A program made the position numbers and the translations under genes. Shown here piece after piece: positions 1 to 7,958 of a stretch of 64,000 nt of DNA. This DNA comes from an uncultured virus (IMG/VR IMGVR_UViG_3300013123_000002). Taxonomy: Duplodnaviria; Heunggongvirae; Uroviricota; Caudoviricetes. The notes under the pieces were generated by a model that did not search any database, had not been told where the DNA came from, and saw nothing but the letters and a program-made list of their open reading frames with translations. Location of the stretch: the IMG/VR virus record IMGVR_UViG_3300013123_000002; one strand, 5' to 3'. Each line of letters begins with the position of its first letter. Positions within the stretch are counted from its first letter, which is position 1.

Positions 1-879
1 GTATTTCAAGCTAACACGTTTGCTGAATGTTACAGGGACTCTCTGCATCACGTCATGAACAATTGCCCGGAAAATAATGCCAGGGGTACGATAAGCAAGG
101 AACAGCTTAACGTTGCTCTAGTAGTCGAAGACCCAAGGTCATGCTTGTACACAAACCCAGCGCGTAGCTCGCAGATGAAATACATTGCCGCTGAATTGGT
201 ATGGTATTACCTGGGACGGAACGATGTAGCTTTCATTTCCAAGTGGGCAAAGTTTTGGGAACAGATCCAAAACGATGACGGTACAGCTAATTCAGCTTAC
301 GGCAATCTCATCTTCAGGATGAAAAACCAGCACGGATTTTCGCAGTACCAATGGGCAATGCAATCCCTCATCAAGGATCCCTACACCAGGCAGGCTATCA
401 TGCACTTTAACATGCCGATACACCAGTACTTTGGAAACAAGGATTTCGTTTGCACCATGAACGTTAACGTTCACATACGCGATAACAAGCTTCACTTGAA
501 GTTGAACATCAGAAGCAATGACGCTGTTTGGGGAACGCCGACCGACGCTGCTTTCTTCTGTTCTCTTCAGATGCAAATGCTGAATCACTTGAGAACGGTT
601 TACCCGGATCTTGAGCTTGGAACCTACACGCACGTTGCGGATTCGTACCACGTGTACGATCGTCACTACGAGCTTGTTAACAAAATGTTAGAAAACGATT
701 TTGTGCCGGTGAAGATGCCGATGGTAAAAAATGACCTGATAAATATTGACGGAGAGCCGACTAACAATCTATTAACTCTGGCTAGCCACATCGAAACAGG
801 CACACCTGAATTTTTAATCTTCCAGGACGAAGATGATATTTGCGAATGGATTTACAAAAACATCACAAAGACCAAGTAA
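1..879 (+). CDS. Thymidylate synthase-family enzyme, dCMP hydroxymethylase (T4 gp42)-like; probably 5'-partial
   Basis: Frame is open from base 1 (VFQANTFAECYRDSLHHVMN...). Motifs NSAYG, TRQA, DFVCT (catalytic Cys), RSND-x3-G-x3-D and SYHVY. Confidence 0.85.
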   Translation, partial: VFQANTFAECYRDSLHHVMNNCPENNARGTISKEQLNVALVVEDPRSCLYTNPARSSQMKYIAAELVWYYLGRNDVAFISKWAKFWEQIQNDDGTANSAYGNLIFRMKNQHGFSQYQWAMQSLIKDPYTRQAIMHFNMPIHQYFGNKDFVCTMNVNVHIRDNKLHLKLNIRSNDAVWGTPTDAAFFCSLQMQMLNHLRTVYPDLELGTYTHVADSYHVYDRHYELVNKMLENDFVPVKMPMVKNDLINIDGEPTNNLLTLASHIETGTPEFLIFQDEDDICEWIYKNITKTK

Positions 880-881
880 CA

Positions 882-1337
882 ATGAACCCAGCAAAGCAAG
901 ATCTAGTTGATCACGTTTACATGGAAATGGCCAAATCGTGGTCAAAACTGTCTTACGCGAAGCGTTTGAAAGTAGGAGCTCTCATAGTTAAGAACGGCTC
1001 CATCATATCCGATGGGTACAACGGTACTCCTTCCGGTTTTGAAAATGAGTGTGAGGAAGTGGTCAATGACGAAAATGGAAATTTTGTCGGCTACAGAACT
1101 AAGTGGTACGTTCTCCACGCTGAAGCTAACGCTATTCTCAAGGTTGCTAAATCAACCCAGAGTTGCGATGGTGGAACCCTGTACATCACTAGCTCACCGT
1201 GCGCTGAGTGTAGCAAGTTAATCCTGCAAGCTGGAATAAAACGTCTCGTTTACGAAGAAGAGTACCGAGACATAACAGGCCTCGAATTGCTAAAGAAAGC
1301 CGGAATTGAGATAAAGAAACTAAACCCAGCTGAATGA
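882..1337 (+). CDS. dCMP deaminase
   Basis: VGALIV, GYNGTPSG, HAEANAI and PCxxC zinc-deaminase motifs. ATG at 882 follows the upstream stop. Confidence 0.93.
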   Translation: MNPAKQDLVDHVYMEMAKSWSKLSYAKRLKVGALIVKNGSIISDGYNGTPSGFENECEEVVNDENGNFVGYRTKWYVLHAEANAILKVAKSTQSCDGGTLYITSSPCAECSKLILQAGIKRLVYEEEYRDITGLELLKKAGIEIKKLNPAE

Positions 1338-1732
1338 TTGAAGATCCAGTAAGAGCTTTACAGGTAGTATTCGTGACTGACCAGAAACAGTTCAGTCAGG
1401 TCTTTCACAAGAAAGGTAAGTCCGACTACTTGCTGAACGTGAATAAGATCATGAGGGATAAGTTCTCTCACGAGATAGTTGTTCCGAATAAGATTCAAGC
1501 GTTTTTGATAAACTACGAGATTAAGAAGATCATCGATAAAGCGATAAACGTTAGGAACCGTAAGTACAAAAGAATCGTTTACATAAACTCAAACCTTACC
1601 ACAAACACGATACTGAACACCATTGATTTTCTGGCAGGAACTTACTCTGACGTTCAGTTCGACCCAGTCTTGGTCGATTTTGACGGGGAGCTTCGAGTTC
1701 CAAATCATGTAAAGATTCTCAAATCACAATAA
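1334..1732 (+). CDS. hypothetical protein
   Basis: 132 aa ORF with ATGA overlap to the deaminase, followed by a terminator. Confidence 0.75.
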   Translation: MIEDPVRALQVVFVTDQKQFSQVFHKKGKSDYLLNVNKIMRDKFSHEIVVPNKIQAFLINYEIKKIIDKAINVRNRKYKRIVYINSNLTTNTILNTIDFLAGTYSDVQFDPVLVDFDGELRVPNHVKILKSQ

Positions 1733-1758
1733 AAAAGGGGCGGTTAAGCCCCTTTTTT
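1731..1758. terminator. bidirectional intrinsic terminator
   Basis: AAAAAAGGGGC-GGTTAA-GCCCCTTTTTT between convergent genes. Confidence 0.9.
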
Positions 1759-1784
1759 GTAAGTGTATAGTAAGTCTTCTGATG

Positions 1785-2486
1785 TTATGCTCCTTCTTCG
1801 GTAGATTCTTCACCTGTTTCCTCGCCGGTTTCCTCGCCGGTGTCTTCAGTTTCTTCTTCCTTGCAAATCTTTTCGAATGCAGCCGCTAGTAATTCGCCAG
1901 CTTCTTCTTTTTCGATTTCCATTTCGGTAACGATCTTGTCAAGTAATTCGTTTAGGTCGTCTCCGTATTCTTCCATGAGCTGTTCGAGTTGTTCTTCGTC
2001 AACTTCGTATCCGGAATCGATTTCATCCTCTAGATTTACCTGGTCGTCGACTTCTTCTGTCTGCATGTATTCAGGCTGCATTGATTCTTCTTCGTTTCCA
2101 ATTTCTGGATTTTCGAAATTTTCGTTAACGAACTGTTCGAATCTCATTATCTTGTTTTCCTCGACAGGTTGTGTAAAAATTGTTGCTTTTGCTGTCATGA
2201 CATCAGTAGGTTTTTTCTTTGCATCTCTGCTAACTTTGTCGCTTGTCACTGCGTGCCAAGCGCTATCGTAATTGGGCTGGAACATTTCTTCTCCCGTAAC
2301 AGGATTGTGAAGGCTGCCTTCAGTCTTCCAGTCGCGATCAATCACTCTTTGATATTTATTAAGGGATTTGCGCTTATTTCCCTGAAAGTCTTCTTTTTCA
2401 CCTGGTCCACCAAAAGGTTTGGCATTACGGTCGGCAAACCGATCAAGGTTAGGAAAATCTCTTCTTTTTACGTCAAATATGTCCAT
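1785..2486 (-). CDS. acidic putative virion/head protein
   Basis: 233 aa with an E/D-rich C-terminus and an internal MRFEQFVNE motif; downstream of the tube gene. Confidence 0.7.
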   Translation of the reverse strand: MDIFDVKRRDFPNLDRFADRNAKPFGGPGEKEDFQGNKRKSLNKYQRVIDRDWKTEGSLHNPVTGEEMFQPNYDSAWHAVTSDKVSRDAKKKPTDVMTAKATIFTQPVEENKIMRFEQFVNENFENPEIGNEEESMQPEYMQTEEVDDQVNLEDEIDSGYEVDEEQLEQLMEEYGDDLNELLDKIVTEMEIEKEEAGELLAAAFEKICKEEETEDTGEETGEETGEESTEEGA

Positions 2487-2503
2487 TTCTTGGTTCTGTG
2501 TTT

Positions 2504-3106
2504 TTACTGACCAACTCTGGTTTCAACGTAACGGTCAGCAACGAACTGAATAGTTAGAGTTGCAATAGCTTCTCCAGAGTAGTCTAACTGAAGTTCGTTG
2601 AACTTATCCTGTCCTAGGAATACCGGATTGAAAACGAATTCCCTGAAGATCAGACCAGCTTTGTTAAACTGCGTGATCTGAACGATTGCTGGGTTAGCGG
2701 TTGTTCCTGCGTAATCTCTTTTCAATCCCTGAGCGCCGGTCATTGGGTTGTAGATCAAGTCTGCCCATGCTCTAAACGCGTTGTAGATGTAGTTGTCATT
2801 ATCCTCGTTCAAGTTTAGCGAGAACTCGATAGTGAACTTGTGCAGGGTAGTTGCCGGACGAGCTGCTGAGTAAGCTCTTTCAGCGAATTTGTACCTCTGA
2901 ACCTGTAGCGGTCCGCCTGCGTTACCTGCTAGTTCAGGAAGTGGGCCAACCTTATTAACGTGTTCCAGGGTTAAGTTATTGTTGAAACCGATCTTAGCCG
3001 AAACCGCCGGAGGTGGAGTAATGATAACCTCGAACTGGTTTAGGTATATAGGTTCGTACCTGTTCGGACCAGCTGTGTGATTTTTGAAATGTGGTAGACC
3101 AGCCAT
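2504..3106 (-). CDS. tail tube protein (gp19-like)
   Basis: 200 aa, beta-rich, with W-x-D-L-I-Y-N-P-x-T-G and L-D-Y-S segments typical of myovirus tube proteins; late promoter at 3127-3133. Confidence 0.7.
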   Translation of the reverse strand: MAGLPHFKNHTAGPNRYEPIYLNQFEVIITPPPAVSAKIGFNNNLTLEHVNKVGPLPELAGNAGGPLQVQRYKFAERAYSAARPATTLHKFTIEFSLNLNEDNDNYIYNAFRAWADLIYNPMTGAQGLKRDYAGTTANPAIVQITQFNKAGLIFREFVFNPVFLGQDKFNELQLDYSGEAIATLTIQFVADRYVETRVGQ

Positions 3107-3151
3107 CTTGTCTTGTGTTTTTTGTTTATTTATTAGCGAGCTCTAGGATTT

Positions 3152-4213
3152 TCACTTGGACTTCTTCCAGTAAGAACCTGCTTGCTTTATTCCCTTTTCA
3201 GTTTCGGTCCTAGATCGGTCGAACCTATTTTCTTCCCTCTCGTACCTCAACCTTTTCAGGTTTCTGATCCGATCCTCAACATTTATGGTTTCCTCGGATT
3301 TTGGAGTTACCGCGTTCTTGTCAGGCGTTAGGACTATGTCAATGGTAGGAAGCACTTGAACTAGAAGGTTTTTACCGTCCTCAGTTTCGAATTCTTTCAT
3401 CTCCATCTTTACCATTCTTCCCAAACCGAAATGAACTTCCAACCAGATGTTCTTGGTGTTATCAACGATCTCTTCGTTTATCTTTCTGAAGAGGTTAGCT
3501 GAGATTCTGTGTCTCACTCTGATGTTCGCGCTAGTTAGCTGAGCGTCTATGAACTTAAGTTCCTTACCGTAGACTATCACCGTGTAAGCTCTGGACGAAC
3601 CAGATGCTTCCTGGCCCTGTTTAGGCTCAGGTTCACTAGTTACTTCATCCGGCTTAACGGGTTGCTCAGGGTCACTCGAAATGCTTTGCTTTTGAATTAC
3701 TGCTGGAACTTGACCTTTCTGAACGGTTGCTGGAACTTGACCCCTTTGTACGGTTGCTGGAACTTGACCCCTTTGTACGGTGGCAGGAACTTGACCTTTC
3801 TGCACAGTTTGTAGCTGAGTGTTTCCTGGCAGAACTCTCTGCAGAGCAGTCGATCCAACCTTTTGGATCTCGCCGCGAGGTACCGTCTGCAAACCAGTAG
3901 GGCCAACTCTCTGAATGGAGGTCGCTGGTCCAAGCTGTTTTACTTCTTCCGAAACTTCTGCGGATTCGAGTTTTTCATCGATGATTGCATCGATTTCCTT
4001 TAGAAGGTGAATTATCGAGTCGATAGTCGTGTAGGTGTAGTACGTGGCAATGCCCTGAGCCTTAGTGAACACCAGGTCCGGGTAGATGTCAGCCTGATGG
4101 TAATAGATCTTTTGATCGTTCTGATCCCATTTTGGCTGCTCCCCATTCCCTGGATTCTTCCAGGTTATTTCGAAGCTGATTACGGACTCAGCGATTACAC
4201 CGTCGCCTATCAT
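3152..4213 (-). CDS. hypothetical protein with QxGQVPATV repeats
   Basis: 353 aa ORF in the late cluster. Confidence 0.7.
   Translation of the reverse strand: MIGDGVIAESVISFEITWKNPGNGEQPKWDQNDQKIYYHQADIYPDLVFTKAQGIATYYTYTTIDSIIHLLKEIDAIIDEKLESAEVSEEVKQLGPATSIQRVGPTGLQTVPRGEIQKVGSTALQRVLPGNTQLQTVQKGQVPATVQRGQVPATVQRGQVPATVQKGQVPAVIQKQSISSDPEQPVKPDEVTSEPEPKQGQEASGSSRAYTVIVYGKELKFIDAQLTSANIRVRHRISANLFRKINEEIVDNTKNIWLEVHFGLGRMVKMEMKEFETEDGKNLLVQVLPTIDIVLTPDKNAVTPKSEETINVEDRIRNLKRLRYEREENRFDRSRTETEKGIKQAGSYWKKSK
3701..3805. repeat. 27-bp coding tandem repeat, about 4 copies
   Basis: TGCTGGAACTTGACCYYTYTGWACGGT units encoding the 9-aa Q(K/R)GQVPATV. Confidence 0.9.
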
Positions 4214-4217
4214 AGTC

Positions 4218-5171
4218 TTACTTATTTCTTATGTAGCGCTTTGCTTCGTACACCGGACCAGAAGCGGTAGCTGGAGTTTCAGCTGGTTCCAATCCTCGTA
4301 CTCCGGCTGGGCTTCCTGATGCTTGAGCTGGAGCGTTCATGCAAATGAAACCGACTCCTTCAACTTCGTCAGCGCCAATCGGTGCTACTAAAACAACCGA
4401 CATAACTGTTGTCATGTTCTTTGCAGCTAAGCTGCTAGCTTTTGCTTCCAAAGATCTCTGAAGGAGCATGGTGTTAGTCTTTCTATCTCGTCCTACTAAC
4501 CTTGACCAGTACCACTGTCCATCCGGTAATTCGGCTGGAGTAAGCACAGTTCCATCCGGCTTTTCGAAACCTTCGGCTAGCAATTTTTCCATGATCTCAC
4601 GAACTTGATCGACCTTCAGCGGTTGCTGAGTGTACGTAGCTAAAAGATCAGTCTTTGCTTCTTTTACTGGTTCGGTCTGAGCTACTGGTGCTTCCGGTGC
4701 TGGAGCAGGTTCTGCTGCAGGAGTTTCGGTTGCCGCTGGAGTTTCCTCAGCTTGGTTAGGTCCAGCAAGGACACCAACCACATCAACCGTTGCAGCTGGA
4801 TCTTCCAAACCGCTTCCCTTGAGGATTCGGTAGTAGATGGCCTGCTTAGCGTTCTGAATCTCGTACTGAGCGATGTCGCTCTGAACTGTCGATTGAACCT
4901 GTTGCTTGGTTTGAGCGAAAGGACCAGGCGTTCCGTGATAGAATTTTACCAAGTCAGAGCTTTCGATAGCGATAGGATTGCTTTCCGGCTTGAACGCGTA
5001 CTTGCTCTGAAGTTCGGAAAGCTTTGCTTTTCCTCCTTCTGCGTCGGTTATGTTGTCCGGGGTGATGAATCCTTCTGGGATAACCGAGTTTGCTGGTGTA
5101 GTTGCCGCTTCTTCGTTAGCGTTGTACATCTCGTTCACGAACTGAGAGTAACCCATTATCAATTGTTTCAT
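4218..5171 (-). CDS. putative internal head protein
   Basis: N-terminal MGYSQFVNE motif; Ala/Pro/Glu-rich linkers. Confidence 0.7.
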   Translation of the reverse strand: MKQLIMGYSQFVNEMYNANEEAATTPANSVIPEGFITPDNITDAEGGKAKLSELQSKYAFKPESNPIAIESSDLVKFYHGTPGPFAQTKQQVQSTVQSDIAQYEIQNAKQAIYYRILKGSGLEDPAATVDVVGVLAGPNQAEETPAATETPAAEPAPAPEAPVAQTEPVKEAKTDLLATYTQQPLKVDQVREIMEKLLAEGFEKPDGTVLTPAELPDGQWYWSRLVGRDRKTNTMLLQRSLEAKASSLAAKNMTTVMSVVLVAPIGADEVEGVGFICMNAPAQASGSPAGVRGLEPAETPATASGPVYEAKRYIRNK

Positions 5172-5190
5172 GTGTATGATTAATTAATTT

Positions 5191-5682
5191 TTAACCTATT
5201 TCTTTGTCCCCGCGGAACTCTTTTCCCTTGTTCGATTTCTTCTTGGTAGGGTCGACCGGCTTGTAGTTTGCCCAGATCTCGTTGTAGATTCGGCAGGATG
5301 CTCCCATGAAGTTAACGATTCCGATGAATTTCTTGCGATCGTCACCGTGCATCTTGGAGATCTTCTTTCCTATCGTTCTAGCATCGTCCAGGTCGAGCTC
5401 TTCGTCGTCGGATTTTCCTACGAGCGTCTTCAGAGAATTTTCCTCAGTAACGATGTTCTCGTCTACTTCAGGAACGACCTTTGATAGCATGTAATGGTAC
5501 ATGTCTTCCAGTCCTTTTCTGTACGCCGTGTCCGGGTCGTCCTCGTTTGACAAGCCCATCCGGCCTTCACGAAAAACAACTTCGATCGGATCGTCCAAGT
5601 TGTTGTTCAGCCGAAGTTCGTTAGCTTCGTCATTGTCGAACGCTTCGAAGGTTGCGTAAGCTTTCGTGTTCTTATTTCCCAT
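5191..5682 (-). CDS. hypothetical (putative head) protein
   Basis: 163 aa with N-terminal ATFEAFDNDE. Confidence 0.7.
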   Translation of the reverse strand: MGNKNTKAYATFEAFDNDEANELRLNNNLDDPIEVVFREGRMGLSNEDDPDTAYRKGLEDMYHYMLSKVVPEVDENIVTEENSLKTLVGKSDDEELDLDDARTIGKKISKMHGDDRKKFIGIVNFMGASCRIYNEIWANYKPVDPTKKKSNKGKEFRGDKEIG

Positions 5683-5693
5683 TAGAGCTTCGC

Positions 5694-6122
5694 TTATTTT
5701 TTAAGAGGAGATACCTTCTTAACTGCCGGGTTAGGTTTTACCGATCCGATCGGGAGCTTTGCCATTTCTGGTTTAACTTCTTTGTTGATCGGTTTTCCCT
5801 TGATGACCAACTTGGTCTCGGCCTTGGTGTCGACCATCTTCTTAGGGGCAGAACCTTTCTTCGTCGGAAGAGTTGTGGTTCCAGGTTTAACGCTCTTTGC
5901 GATCGTTTTTCCCTTACCCTTAGGCATGTCAGCCATGTTAGGCTTTACCGTTTTCTGGGTAGCTTTTCCCTTTCCTGCTGGAAGGTCTGACGTTTCGTCG
6001 TCAACCTGCTTGGTAATTTTGTTTCCTTTAGCCGGAGCTCCCTTTGACAGTTCCTGGTTCATCTTCTTTTCTAGGATAAACTCGTCGTAGCTCAGAACAG
6101 ACTTAGTCATGTCGTTTTTCAT
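5694..6122 (-). CDS. Lys/Pro-rich repeat protein, putative DNA-condensing internal protein
   Basis: Start reassigned to ATG 6122, after the late promoter at 6149-6155. SYDEFILE motif followed by 19-aa KGK...VKP repeats. Confidence 0.72.
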   Translation of the reverse strand: MKNDMTKSVLSYDEFILEKKMNQELSKGAPAKGNKITKQVDDETSDLPAGKGKATQKTVKPNMADMPKGKGKTIAKSVKPGTTTLPTKKGSAPKKMVDTKAETKLVIKGKPINKEVKPEMAKLPIGSVKPNPAVKKVSPLKK

Positions 6123-6176
6123 TTTTTTACCGCGATCGCTCGCTAAGTTATTTATCAGTGTCAATCTTACAAAACT

Positions 6177-6204
6177 AAAAAAGGGCTCCAAACGGAGCCC
6201 TTTT
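6177..6204. terminator. intrinsic terminator after the major capsid gene
   Basis: AAAAAAGGGCTCC-AAAC-GGAGCCCTTTT hairpin; U-tract on the minus strand. Confidence 0.9.
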
Positions 6205-6233
6205 AGTATCACCAATTAAGGTGTTATTAGTTC

Positions 6234-7940
6234 TTAGTAACCAGCCGACGGAGCGACGGATCCGGTCAGAACGCCAAGACCAGCGACGGTCAGGGTGATG
6301 TACTGAGTTTCCGGGTGCCATCCTGCTTCCGTGATAGCGTACCTCGATTTGAGACCGATCTTCGGTGAGAAGGTACCTTCGGAAATAGTCTGCAGCGATT
6401 CTGCCATGATGTAAGGTAGGAACTTTACACCAGGTTCTTCGTCAGCACCCTTACGTCCGATGTGGATACGGTTGTCTCCGAATTTCAGGTTAGGATCGAC
6501 GTACACAGTCAGACCGTGAACTTTACCTGCTGGGTGAAGCTGACCAGGTCCTGACGGCAGGTCGTTGTTGAACGGTGCGAAGGTGTAACCTGCAACGTCT
6601 GCGAGAGCGGATGCTACACGACCGTTGGTAACGATGTGGGTAGCAGCTCCAAAACGGCCCCTGTGATAAATCAGGTTAGCCATTTCGAGGATCTTGGTAA
6701 CGACCCTACGCTGTAACGTTGAGATGTTTTCGAAACCTGAACCAACGGTTAGGTCGAGTGTAGTGATACCAGCACCTTCAATTGCGTTGATGTTGGTCGT
6801 GTGGAGAGCTCCAAGAGAGAATACTCTGTCGACGAGCTTTTTGTTGATGGACTGTGCAACTTCATTGACAGCAACGTTCTCCAGCATGGAGATAACGTCG
6901 AAGTTCCATACCCTGTTAAGGTCCTGGATCTGTTCAACTGATGCTGAGATAGCCACCTGGTCGCCTTTTGCTTCGACGAACTTGGTGAACATCTTCAGAC
7001 CCATCTGGCGGAACTTGGAAACTTCCGCAACTTCCCTCTTCATACCTTCGTACTGAGTTCCGTTTGCTCCAAGGAATGGTCCGTTCCACGGCTGAGTAGC
7101 GTAGTCGTCATCGCTAGTCGTGGTAAAACCAGAGATGTGGTTTTCTAGAGCTGATGCGAGACCAGGTACGTTAGCTGCGAGCAGCTTGTAGGTTTTTACG
7201 GATCCTGCACCACCGATTGTAACGGTAGTTAAAACACCGTCGGTCTTGATGAAGTCCGTGATCTTCTTGGTTCCGTCGCTGTAGTCTGACAGAACTTTGA
7301 ACATCGCAACACCGTCAACACGGGAGAATCCAACGAACTGGATGGTAAGGTTACCAGTACCGTCAGAAACGGTTAGGTTGTCACCGCTGATAAGCTGTGA
7401 GAAGGTACCACCGGCTGTTAGAACGGTCGATCCGACGACTCCTTCGATCTTGATGACGAAAGGTTCGTACTGGGTGTCGGTATTACCGCCCTGGTAGACG
7501 TAGTCGAGGTAAGGAATGAATCCGACAGGAGCGTCCATAGGAACAACGCCGACGAGGTCGAAACCGATCGTCTTTGCTGCAACCTGGATTGCAACTGGAA
7601 GTAAGCTCGGGAACTTGTCCCCTGAACCTGAGTTCGAGTAGCTGCCTTTTGCTGCCGTTCCAGTTCCAAAACCGGAGAACGGAGTCATTGCGTTAGTCGG
7701 GGCGTGAATGGAACCCATTGCACTGATAGAACCCGGCTGCTGGTAAAATAGACCAGGAACAACTGCTTCGTTAACTGGAGAACCAGCGTTATCGAAAATT
7801 GCGTGGTAGTGAGCAACGTCAACTAACCAAGGACGAGACTTTAGAGTGGCCTCATCTGCGCCGTAACTTTCCAAAACAGGTACCCAAGTTTCCTTGAGGG
7901 AAGCATCGTTCAGTCTTTTGAACATTTTTACTGATGCCAT
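6234..7940 (-). CDS. major capsid protein (T4 gp23-like)
   Basis: DLVGVVPM-x-x-P-x-G, EQIQDL, G-x-V-x-G-x-x-VYVDP, FLPY and PKIGLKSRY motifs; strongly biased codons. Confidence 0.92.
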   Translation of the reverse strand: MASVKMFKRLNDASLKETWVPVLESYGADEATLKSRPWLVDVAHYHAIFDNAGSPVNEAVVPGLFYQQPGSISAMGSIHAPTNAMTPFSGFGTGTAAKGSYSNSGSGDKFPSLLPVAIQVAAKTIGFDLVGVVPMDAPVGFIPYLDYVYQGGNTDTQYEPFVIKIEGVVGSTVLTAGGTFSQLISGDNLTVSDGTGNLTIQFVGFSRVDGVAMFKVLSDYSDGTKKITDFIKTDGVLTTVTIGGAGSVKTYKLLAANVPGLASALENHISGFTTTSDDDYATQPWNGPFLGANGTQYEGMKREVAEVSKFRQMGLKMFTKFVEAKGDQVAISASVEQIQDLNRVWNFDVISMLENVAVNEVAQSINKKLVDRVFSLGALHTTNINAIEGAGITTLDLTVGSGFENISTLQRRVVTKILEMANLIYHRGRFGAATHIVTNGRVASALADVAGYTFAPFNNDLPSGPGQLHPAGKVHGLTVYVDPNLKFGDNRIHIGRKGADEEPGVKFLPYIMAESLQTISEGTFSPKIGLKSRYAITEAGWHPETQYITLTVAGLGVLTGSVAPSAGY

Positions 7941-7958
7941 TGTTTTTTGAGGCTTTTT

